DNA of 64,000 bases, taken from the IMG/VR virus record IMGVR_UViG_3300025771_003046. One strand, written 5' to 3'. Below the pieces are notes generated by a model, which did no database searches, was not told where the DNA came from, and was given only the letters and a program-made list of their open reading frames with translations. The translations under genes were made by a program, and so were the position numbers. Positions 47,101 through 52,569 of this stretch are shown here, one piece after another; the first letter of the stretch is position 1, and every line of letters starts with the position of its first letter. This stretch comes from an uncultured virus (IMG/VR IMGVR_UViG_3300025771_003046) (Duplodnaviria; Heunggongvirae; Uroviricota; Caudoviricetes).

Positions 47101-50066
47101 CAGTAGGCACAGATACAAGTGGTAATCTAAAACTTTACATTAGAGAAAATCCATTTAAGGTCGGAGATAAAATTAAACTAAAACCAAATAGTTTGACATT
47201 TACATGTGCATATGATACTACTACTCCGTTATCATATCCAGATTATAACGGCGGAACTGGTGCAGCTCCAGCATGGCAAGCAGATTTAGAAATCACAGCA
47301 GCAGATGATGTTAGTATTACTGTTAACGTTGGAGATGCCGCAGGCGCAGCAGCAACTAGTGTTCATACATTTGTAAGTGCAGATATTGATACTATTAGTT
47401 TAGTTCCAGGATATGTAACACCAAGCCCAACTGGTTATGATGCAGGAACTTACCTAAGTACATATAAACAAGCTAGAGATAATATCGAAGCTAACAGAGA
47501 GTTTATAATTGCAGACGTAATCGGATTCATTGAAACTGATGATACATTACTAGGATTTGACAGAGATACTTGTGCAAGAGATACTGGACTAATAATTGAT
47601 GCAATATCATGGGATTTAGTATTTGATTCAAACCAACAAAGTATTACAGCAGGTAGAGGATATCTAAGACAAGATGTAGGAGTTCTTCCAGCAACTCAAA
47701 CAGCAGCTACAACAGCAGGATTTGATAGACTAAGAGACTTACTTTTGGCTCTAGTAATTCAAACTGGTGCAGATGCAGAAAGAGCAAAAGAAAGTATTTC
47801 GGCTAACATTGGTCTAATAAATGATATCATTACTAATGGTGATAGTCAAACAATTCCATCTAGAAAACTTCCAGCACCAACAACAGGCGCAGCAATTGTT
47901 CCAACTGCTATTACATATACTCCAGCTGATGGTTTAATGGTTATTACATCAGAAGCGCATGGTTTAAATGTAGGCGATTATGTAATGATTGCAGACGAGA
48001 GTTTAACATTTACTTGTGAAAGTTCTCTAGGAAGTGGTATACTAGAAAAAATTAGTCATCCAAGATCAAACGAGTATGCAAGCCGTAGAGCAATTATTGT
48101 TTCAGCAGTAGCTGATGCCAATACATACACTATTAACATTGATCCAAATCTTGAAAACAGTGGCGACGGTAATGTTGCTCATACATTTGTAAGTGCAAGC
48201 GCAAATGCAATTAAGAAAGCAGAAGATGCTAATGGTAAATTAGATGTATTCTTTAACATTAGCGCACAGCGTACATGGATTATCGATGCAGTAGAAGACT
48301 ATATTGAAGATGCTACCGGATTAAATCAACCAGCTGGTAGTTGGAATACCAAGTGTAAAGAAGACATAGGTCTAATAATTGACGCAGCATTGTATGACTT
48401 AATGTACGGTACCAATCTTGAAACACGCACAGCAGCACAAGCATATACAACCGATGCAGGTGTATTACTACTAGGTGCAGACCCAACTGAAAGATCTAAC
48501 ACTATTGCAGCATATGTATATCTAGCAGACTTGCTTGAGCAAGTTGGTAATGATGTAGTTACAGAAACTTTATATGGCGATACAGCAACAGCTGGATTTA
48601 CAGCAACTGGTACAGTACCAGGCGGCAACGGATCTCCTGCACTAGCAGCTCATGATAGTGTTGAAGTTGTTAGAGCTTACCTAGATGCATATGTTACAAG
48701 TGCAACTGATAATGCAACTGACAAAGCAGCAGCAGAAGCTACACTTCCTGCAGTTGCTTATGGTTCGAGAACTTGGTCTTCAACTACACAACAAGCTATA
48801 TTCAACCAATTCCAAAGTGAACGTCAAGAATTGCAAGATGCAGTTACAGCGTTTATTGAAGAGAACTTTGCTTATGTGCAAGAAAAATGTAAGAGAGATG
48901 TAGGCTATATTCTAGATGCAGTTTATTACGATATGACATATGGTGGTAATAGCGAAACGTTTACAGTTGGTAAGAGTTACTTCTCCGACGAAGGTGTAAA
49001 TCAATTAAGAACACTAAGAGAAGTAAATGCAACTCAAGCAGCATACGGACACTTAAGAGACTTAGTAGAAGCAGTTGCCATTGGTGATGACACCGTGGCG
49101 TTGATTGCAACTCCTAAACAGACAGATATTGCTTATAATTCAACAGCAGTTGATCAGGGAGGCAGCAATGCTGGTAGTACCCAGGCTAAATTACTAATAA
49201 GCAATGTGTTAAGTTTCTTAGATGATACTATTAATAGAACAAATGTAATACCAACTGTAGCTGAAACTACTCCATCTACATCATGGGTAGCAGCTGATCT
49301 AGTAACAGCCGCAACTGCACTAACTGATGCAAAGCGTACAGTACAAGATGAAACAACTGTATTCATTGAAGAAAATTATGCTTACATTAAATCTAAGTGT
49401 GAAAGAGATATTAGATACATTGTAGATGCAGTTGCATACGACATATTCTATGGTGGTAACTCACAAGCACATCTAGCAGCAGAGCAATATTTTGACGGAG
49501 GTAATTATCAAATACCAGTTCCAACAAAGAATGCTACAGTACAGACATTTAAATATCTACTAGAAATAATGTCAGATGCTGTACGTAACATTACTGTGTC
49601 TGCATTACAAAATAGAGTAATCCAAACTACAACTGGCGCATCTGCAACAACGTTTGAAGCAGATCGTATTAAGGACTTGTTAACAATTATTGTTAATCTA
49701 GTACAGCATGGTTACTCAAGTCAAGTTACATTTGATGTTAATATCACAACAATACCGAGAATTAACGAAAGTGTAACATTCCACCAAACAAGTTTGATTA
49801 CAGCAAGTGGACAAACATTTGAGTGGGTTGGATCCGGAACTAATATTCAATCAGCGGTTCCATACAAAGGCGGACAACCAGTTGAAGCACAACAGGTAGT
49901 GGAAAGTAACGAAGGTAAAGTTTACTTTACAAGTACTGACCAAAAAGGTGACTTCAAAATTGGTAACAGCTTAACTATTGAACGTGCGTCTGGTACGATT
50001 ACTGGACAGACTTTTGATAGATCACTATTCGCGGTGTTAACACCATACATCTTGTCACTACAGTAA
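35190..50066 (+). CDS. Giant (4958-aa) virion protein: N-terminal attachment motif and beta-helix-like region, 22 CxRD helical repeats, inserted beta domains
   Basis: N-terminus IRLKRS...GEVAVNTHDGKMF, then VFYV..DG.N.NDG...AFATI..A...IVGDSLR (pectin-lyase-like start). Central repeats KCxRD(V/T)GxI(I/L)DA...D...(YGGN/xTNYNS). Confidence 0.85.
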   Translation: MSTIRLKRSAEPGKIPSIEQLELGEVAVNTHDGKMFMKRDQSGNFAIKEFGARDAASNVFYVTQDGSNTNDGKTIGDAFATIDYALKNIPEGSTLYVKAGQHTVDNPVKLPAFVAIVGDSLRTTFVQPKNPAEDIFWVNNGCFLKDMRFNNYIAPSAAVSFPPDGSAGSIMCSPYVQNCTSYTTTGTGMRVDGSVVTGLRSMVVDAYTQYNQGGIGVHHLNRGNTQLVSIFTISCDISIMCESGGFCSLTNSNTSFGNYGLISDGYSEALFGASAGANISRNSMFMNDLVTVPFIQNASVFSGTGEVYTISEATPIKVGQGVVTGPTLTQEDSDLLFARERILANREVIQRSTVNFVKDNYQTGGEFDEAKCARDSQLILDGVGFDVALDTNFNSVYNGISYQRANAKFVINTQFEATKGAIDFLKAETAALLSGTSLTRANAGFDDVKGILDGGVISTTVPGDGVADALTFSSTLGVTDGINARTILQANIAFLQAEVLAFNDDYNATAIAADATGATTVVYDREKCQRDVQYIVDALSYDAQYGGNSATVSAMNSYIVGTGIDQLPADQRDLTADSYAHLADMVAAILTDPSVDPGTKLSAGSPDNSAAVTAASLSGTIEALVDTFAGVLIEDATPAGTPTATIPAVVTPNVTTLGVAAEFTTSQTAITNASAQIVDDVIAFVNQEYNFSFNQEKCARDLQEIIDAAKIDAVTNSLYNQTVVGLTYTMESSAYLLNLQKTQTAAGIQYARDLVTADGNFTDTTDRTEFINAVNEVINILNTGTPTSDLTTGTFATNFPTSTDYSNAASRAAAAEAIINGIPSLQTDALTFLQNGNAGGGFDFSAQAGEFSSLASGGTVSSDELKSVYQDMVRDGTFTKCQRDVAYLAQAVAFDTMYGGNSATLRVAKSYFVGAIAGDDDTEISQLGGGQKNATLALYAFLAVQIAAAVSAASANAGLGSGSGASKTINQLVAVVTDHIDADGVALASLDTVILASPADDDEILTVSEIEAVDDEAINDTIFYLQDAFVLLDFNESKCYRDTGIIIDAVVDDMVLGTNYKSVVSGRTYSMDSAALVIADQKVETLAAINHARDEALGFINDFSSNASKVTAYNRVQSNFNLISDLISKSEYAFKSYTVVDADYNPTAAGNYGSTSTPANRVMTLTIGQHSFTTSDTVVIAPNSLTFQCYSSGDNEFQTITHPREVAGQSADPNAVSPGSDPAFETPVDIVAVTDTTITVDVGVNTGAGNVEHTFISATENGITYGNSFINYPMPTNVLPEINRAFTNIKKNKAYLIEEAVAHIDQNYPLLGYDRGTCERDIGLIIDAVSYDAMFDSNFRSITAGKAYLRGVIQVITGDVLVDETTTTTGITGTLLTMDPTKTVVNPGDELTVLPTEQKIATLESFRKLRDLLVQITFDNDTKARVVDRMDLIIDIVQDGESVIPAVSIPTANITTNDTVNYTENFNATGVPETITNIENSREFIIAETKAFIDTNFPALLSTDANGNIVRDYNANDKCERDVGLILDALKYDLTYGGNMETLIAGKAYFSDVVASADGPVDLLGSRSVNIDIVNAGGIQLINPITITTSIKHGLVDGSQVTLLDISGVVELTGKTFFVKKVSDTVFELYDDAALTIPLDGTTGFTAYANLGGTVRVNAAEVIATVESYNFLADLILTLGNGVAPVNPQQTIVTAGALTTTNSPNGTRAKSLVDDIITIIENDSSVPVELLADPSWVTGYNATETYPLELNGTDLYSDFLIMQGEKDDIQSEITRFIEANFAYDKKVCRRDMGYIIDATLFDGLYNGNSASYDAARQYYTQGKLVIPAIQRKATGDAMELLRKRIGDVLRSNRVVAEQLPTSPTLVLQDTTTPAATITEILRIQKNFDVLESQIRRDYFINDFIDVIDPDFNLQTETANKIRNKILAEKENLQVKTIKFIDTTFREFRFDREVCSRDVGLILDAVAMDVALGTNYNSIIAGLSYQRGSLSIGTVKDEQKPQTIAAIEFLKTETLAISGLSATGIARATAAFDEIIDIFTNGETSTRTAADAITYPVPTGVDTNKQNSHDLLRANRDFISEEIIEWIEDNFTNFEYDEFKCERDTRIILDAIALDAALNTNYNTITVALAYKRVNAQLVITDQLIQTVAAMDYLRKLVDENKDLSVIGRARMTRLIDDIIEIVQSDTTDLDVFDSTNFDSTLLNAYENIEMNAPKNATQDEIDAKEQLKLNKEFLASEVLAFINLNNPTLDYVEAKCKRDVKFLLDAAAFDLLYGGNSATVQAANSYFVGTANQLGDDEVQATIDAYNHLKTVIEPVVLATSEDNNPVYVPTAGNSMRQIIESDPGTATEVAAIQASLDIVIARIQGTPTPTLVKPSLTGADANLIKDFNEISETASVEAQKVVDYVNDQFANFTYDIDKCARDVKLVVLGAAIDLEYSTNYNSVTNGLSYLRGNAKKVSNAFQKAITLAALDKLKTLAATTIGTGTGYAAAVTAVNASIDTVKTIFDEGLVGITPTNAVYDPTTGVMDLTIGEHTFIQGDTITLEPGSLKFTCASDGNNVVQAYPRTSDPAFNYTLKIIDTGKLTISVNVGVSSETSAHTFITADEKAIKTGALPNAVPALTFAGIDATNDSAYAAKAILANKAFIAAEMSAYVVNDPNFILVGNYDETKCRRDSNNILDAVALDLRTGSNYNSLYAGIAYTRANSDYVISAQKSATIAAIEFLRDTVKALSNVDAAADTRIDSLFAIIIAAINSGATSTLLPGGATGVPLLSLPTPNTPIAGGADAAARLTYNRDALAEEVLEHINQNANAIYLSMDQAKCSRDVKYIVEGLAHDAVYGGNIGAKLNGEAYFVGNDTEQLGIGQRSATVAAYQHLAQVIEQLVGAGVADAGFTSVILVANPTQAWSDNSVPNAATIATYLADSSTGLIETCIVAPINANKLANFYTPTAASYVPTTGVLTLTVTGNPFSNGDTIRLAERSIGFKCQSDGFRKVFYYPRTTDPALNSDLTISNVVGDSFDVQIGVSSEESTHQFVGPATNAIIDSTLPDDVQPASAQYVTTVSFTDAATAIVAGSGTAVDSTISYINSDLSFNQTKCERDTGYIVEALTHDTLYGGNYATTQAALAYRVGVAGQLGSNSPETTATVAAYGTRLPAVVQAIVQGDALTPSTGNSVTQVANANTVSPWTNANATIAADIQNIVDVIEHGGDPLSVDASMIAETNITEGTIYDAESGVLTLTLSGTSTGLVAGTSTIRLARNSLTFTCASDSHATSLTYPDKDSFGYDRELRVLSVAEAGNTTITVNIGNARKLGATSADRIHRFVSAAANAVVLPISPTRPTIANTFATSLVTKADAASDNFGDLINAYLLSDFPTSTYDRTRCKRDVGFIVDALSYDVLYGGNSAMREVARSYFSFGLNLLGDDSKETDATIFAYEHLSSIIGEIVQGVQVGKATGNLLVQTYDTASTLAEAAVAQTLLKLVTDTIRDRSVNKLDEQELPDITWAASEFQNDFASITFNKSVAQADTLQFIDDRYTTFSYDQFKCSRDVGLILDAVLADMVMGGNYQSLLAGSSYYRASAFIVKGDQLPETIESIKFLKKEVEKILTDPLFTATVVPGTYPNPTIRAITPLEAIENAKTLTEVFGDTQEYADLIARFNDVLRVMENGLTNAAEDQIQFVAPTGITGTRTNAKDILLANKEFFVEESVAFIKENFPLIGYDRQTCERDVGLVLDALGFDLMFGSNMRSITAGRSYFREGAAVVSADQKKATLAAFEFLKVKAAEVVSSAILSNGSYVAPGGNKEFIITVGADSYEQKPTGVFYLDGIEQPIIELDPGAVYTFNQDDPTNAYFGDNRHPLVFSTTRDGDNAGGTTYDTGIAYYLDGVSVDEAQYERGFARATLRRVELDLRGKYTTELYYAGGARKGMGNLIYVKAKTTGEPIKKSIQDNMNVILALLDRGNVTWQPYDAEYKTVGTDTSGNLKLYIRENPFKVGDKIKLKPNSLTFTCAYDTTTPLSYPDYNGGTGAAPAWQADLEITAADDVSITVNVGDAAGAAATSVHTFVSADIDTISLVPGYVTPSPTGYDAGTYLSTYKQARDNIEANREFIIADVIGFIETDDTLLGFDRDTCARDTGLIIDAISWDLVFDSNQQSITAGRGYLRQDVGVLPATQTAATTAGFDRLRDLLLALVIQTGADAERAKESISANIGLINDIITNGDSQTIPSRKLPAPTTGAAIVPTAITYTPADGLMVITSEAHGLNVGDYVMIADESLTFTCESSLGSGILEKISHPRSNEYASRRAIIVSAVADANTYTINIDPNLENSGDGNVAHTFVSASANAIKKAEDANGKLDVFFNISAQRTWIIDAVEDYIEDATGLNQPAGSWNTKCKEDIGLIIDAALYDLMYGTNLETRTAAQAYTTDAGVLLLGADPTERSNTIAAYVYLADLLEQVGNDVVTETLYGDTATAGFTATGTVPGGNGSPALAAHDSVEVVRAYLDAYVTSATDNATDKAAAEATLPAVAYGSRTWSSTTQQAIFNQFQSERQELQDAVTAFIEENFAYVQEKCKRDVGYILDAVYYDMTYGGNSETFTVGKSYFSDEGVNQLRTLREVNATQAAYGHLRDLVEAVAIGDDTVALIATPKQTDIAYNSTAVDQGGSNAGSTQAKLLISNVLSFLDDTINRTNVIPTVAETTPSTSWVAADLVTAATALTDAKRTVQDETTVFIEENYAYIKSKCERDIRYIVDAVAYDIFYGGNSQAHLAAEQYFDGGNYQIPVPTKNATVQTFKYLLEIMSDAVRNITVSALQNRVIQTTTGASATTFEADRIKDLLTIIVNLVQHGYSSQVTFDVNITTIPRINESVTFHQTSLITASGQTFEWVGSGTNIQSAVPYKGGQPVEAQQVVESNEGKVYFTSTDQKGDFKIGNSLTIERASGTITGQTFDRSLFAVLTPYILSLQ
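36290..49480 (+). repeat. 22 protein-level CxRD repeats (21 CxRD, one CKED)
   Basis: Cys codons at 36303, 36771, 37281, 37830, 38304, 39141, 39744, 40551, 41049, 41487, 41955, 42447, 43200, 43653, 44478, 45333, 45819, 46356, 47571, 48354, 48888, 49398. Confidence 0.92.
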
Positions 50067-50079
50067 GAGGAAATAAATC

Positions 50080-50418
50080 ATGGCCGAACCATTAAACGTA
50101 TTTAAGACAATAACAGCAGACTTAACAACTGGGAACGAAATTGTATATACTGCCCCAGACGGAAAAACTGCAATCATATTGATGGCACAAATATCAAATG
50201 TAACAACTACAGCAGCAGCTACTAGTTTTTTACACTTTGATGCTTTCACTGCTGATCAAACAGAACTACTATCTAATTTTGTAGTTCCAGGTAACGATGC
50301 TACAAGTCCTATCACAGGTAAACTTGTGGTAGAAGAAAATAACTCGTTACGGGCACAAGCATCAGTAAACGATGCACTAGTGTTAACATTAAGCTTATTG
50401 GAGTCACTAAATGCATAA
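50080..50418 (+). CDS. Small beta-sandwich virion protein
   Basis: FKTITADLTTGNEIVYTAPDGKTAIILMAQISN...GKLVVEENNSL...LSLLE; paralog of 51069. Confidence 0.75.
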   Translation: MAEPLNVFKTITADLTTGNEIVYTAPDGKTAIILMAQISNVTTTAAATSFLHFDAFTADQTELLSNFVVPGNDATSPITGKLVVEENNSLRAQASVNDALVLTLSLLESLNA

Positions 50419-50992
50419 TATAGGATTATTAAGTAACAGAGTCAAAAAGACTCCAGCGTTAAACGCTGAGAGTTACAGATATACATATCTTGACTTGGAA
50501 AATGCTGAACCGGATTGGGGTGTACCTGATACCGCTAAAGCAGATAACAAAGGTATTAACATTAATCGAGGCCTTGCTGCTTCGGATACACAAGGTACTA
50601 GAAACTGGGTTGTAATTGGTCCAGGTCTTAGAATTAATGGTGATGATGTTTTACTCGTTGACGAGGAAGCATTTGTTAGTTTGACAGGGGACCAAGAATT
50701 TAGCGGTACAAAGACATTCCTTGATCAAATAGTTATTGGGTCAACTGACTCTACTGACTTAGGTGAAAGATTACGTGTAGACGGTACTATATCGGTCAAT
50801 AATATCACTACACAGAATCCTGCTTTTAATTTAGTAGATACAGTTGCTGAAATTATTAACTTTGGCGGACAGGGTACTGACATTAATATCGGTTCTAGCT
50901 TTGGTACAACTACAATTAATAATGATTTAATTATTAAAGGTAACGTAACAATCGAAGGTACCGAACAAAATATGGACGGTGGTTATTATTAA
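50411..50992 (+). CDS. Virion fibre-associated protein
   Basis: N-terminus IGLLSNRVKKTP...RYTYLDLENAEPDWGVP is shared with 51394; ends MDGGYY. Confidence 0.7.
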   Translation: MHNIGLLSNRVKKTPALNAESYRYTYLDLENAEPDWGVPDTAKADNKGININRGLAASDTQGTRNWVVIGPGLRINGDDVLLVDEEAFVSLTGDQEFSGTKTFLDQIVIGSTDSTDLGERLRVDGTISVNNITTQNPAFNLVDTVAEIINFGGQGTDINIGSSFGTTTINNDLIIKGNVTIEGTEQNMDGGYY

Positions 50993-50996
50993 TAAT

Positions 50997-51032
50997 TTAG
51001 CAAGGTTCACATATAGAAACCTTGCTAATTTT
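50997..51032 (+). terminator. Probable terminator hairpin
   Basis: TTAGCAAGGTT 50997-51007 / AACCTTGCTAA 51018-51028, followed by TTTT. Confidence 0.7.
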
Positions 51033-51038
51033 ATTAAC

Positions 51039-51044
51039 TAAATA
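51039..51044 (+). promoter_or_regulatory. Late promoter (TAAATA)
   Basis: CTAAATA just after the hairpin, upstream of SD AAGGA and ATG 51069. Confidence 0.55.
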
Positions 51045-51068
51045 TCATAGTGATAAAAGGACGCACAG

Positions 51069-51401
51069 ATGCCAAATAATAGTTTTAAATCTGTTAACAC
51101 AGTAATAACTACAGTTAATGAAGTAATCTATACAGCCCCTCCGGGATTTACAACAATTGTGATTAACGCACAATTAGCAAACACAGCAGAAACAGACGTC
51201 AATTGTACATTTAGTTATGTTGAAAGTTCTTCAGGAAGTGAAACAAATCTTATAAGAGATTTTCGTGTTAGAGGTAACCAATCGCAGTCTGCGATTATGG
51301 GACGTCTAGTTATTAACGAAAACGACTCAATTAAGTGTCGATCAAATATCGATGCACCAATAAGATTAAGTTTAAGCTTGCTGGAGACTGAGGATGTCTA
51401 G
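51069..51401 (+). CDS. Small beta-sandwich virion protein (paralog of 50080)
   Basis: FKSVNTVITTVNEVIYTAPPGFTTIVINAQLAN...GRLVINENDSI...LSLLE. Confidence 0.75.
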   Translation: MPNNSFKSVNTVITTVNEVIYTAPPGFTTIVINAQLANTAETDVNCTFSYVESSSGSETNLIRDFRVRGNQSQSAIMGRLVINENDSIKCRSNIDAPIRLSLSLLETEDV

Positions 51402-52041
51402 AGGAATAGGGTTACTCAGTGGTAGAGTAACTAAGACACCGCCAACAGAAGTTGAATCTGTTGCGCCGGATAGATTTACGTTTATTGATGTTTCAACTGC
51501 TGAGGCAGACCTAGGCGTACCTCCTGGCAACGACTACTTTCTTACCTCTGATACAGTCGGTAACAGATCATGGTTACCTCCGGGGTCACTAGGATTAAAC
51601 GGTGAAGAAAACGAACTTGTTTTTATTAAAAACGGCGTAAGTGCATCAACTACTAATATAGAATACGACGAAGTTACTGATAGTATAAAATTTCATAATT
51701 CTTATCAGCAACGAGGTACTGCTAAAGTAATATCAGATGACAGTTCTTTTACTGACGGAGTAATTGCAACGTTTGATAAAAACTCTTTTGGCAGTGCAAA
51801 ATATATTGTGCAGGCTGACACACCTTCACGTAAAAGACAAATAAGTGAACTACTTTTAGTTCATGACGGTACCAATGCTTCGGCAACAGAATTCGGTGTT
51901 ATACACACTACAGACCTTCCTATTGCTGAATTTGATGTAGATATTGAAGGTGATTTAGTAAGATTATTAGCAACAAATGCTATAGATGATTCTACCGAAA
52001 ATGTAAGTTTTCGTATAGTAGAAATGCTGATGCTAATCTAA
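51394..52041 (+). CDS. Virion structural protein (N-terminus paralogous to 50411)
   Basis: IGLLSGRVTKTP...RFTFIDVSTAEADLGVP; C-terminal F...F.SAKY.VQ......QISELLLVHDGT....TEFG beta domain. Confidence 0.7.
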   Translation: MSRGIGLLSGRVTKTPPTEVESVAPDRFTFIDVSTAEADLGVPPGNDYFLTSDTVGNRSWLPPGSLGLNGEENELVFIKNGVSASTTNIEYDEVTDSIKFHNSYQQRGTAKVISDDSSFTDGVIATFDKNSFGSAKYIVQADTPSRKRQISELLLVHDGTNASATEFGVIHTTDLPIAEFDVDIEGDLVRLLATNAIDDSTENVSFRIVEMLMLI

Positions 52042-52081
52042 TAAAACAGTACATTATTATCCGCTTAAGCTTCAATTGGCA

Positions 52082-52087
52082 TAAATA
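52082..52087 (+). promoter_or_regulatory. Late promoter (ATAAATA)
   Basis: CATAAATAC upstream of SD GGGGAGA. Confidence 0.55.
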
Positions 52088-52113
52088 CCTTACAGCATGC
52101 CAATTAGGGGAGA

Positions 52114-52566
52114 GTGAACCGGATGGCTAATAATAAAAAGTTCGTAGTCAAAAATGGACTACGCACCCATAACATTGACTTTACAACAACAGATTTGACA
52201 AAAACCATTCTTATGGATATTGACAATCTAGGTGATCTAAATGTTATCGGTGAGGGCAAAATCGTAGTAGGCGATTATGATGACAGTAGTAGTGTCATCG
52301 ATCCTACAACTAAAATTGAGGTAATAGGTAATATTACAGCTTTTAAAGTAAAAGCTGATTTCCAGGGGGATGTGTTTGGGCAAGACTCTTCTCGACTTGT
52401 GGACTCTAATAACGGAGAGTTTAACGGATTTTTAAATGGGCAAGTAAGTAGTTTAGATAATCATACAACTGATGATCTAGATGAGGGCACACAAAATCTT
52501 TACTTTACGAAACAGAGAGCAAGACGTGAAGCAAGAATAATGGCACTGATCTTTGGGAGTAACTAA
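52114..52566 (+). CDS. Short fibre-like protein
   Basis: KKFVVKNGL N-terminus; FQGDVFGQDSSRLVD and TTDDLDEGTQNLYFTKQRAR resemble motifs in the downstream giant ORF; ends ARIMALIFG. Start may be ATG 52123. Confidence 0.7.
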   Translation: MNRMANNKKFVVKNGLRTHNIDFTTTDLTKTILMDIDNLGDLNVIGEGKIVVGDYDDSSSVIDPTTKIEVIGNITAFKVKADFQGDVFGQDSSRLVDSNNGEFNGFLNGQVSSLDNHTTDDLDEGTQNLYFTKQRARREARIMALIFGSN

Positions 52567-52569
52567 TAT

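Noticed and set aside
35190..50066. Multiheme cytochrome (CxxCH) or diversity-generating retroelement target
   Set aside because: No CxxCH motifs seen, and no reverse transcriptase or near-identical TR/VR nucleotide repeat pair in the window.
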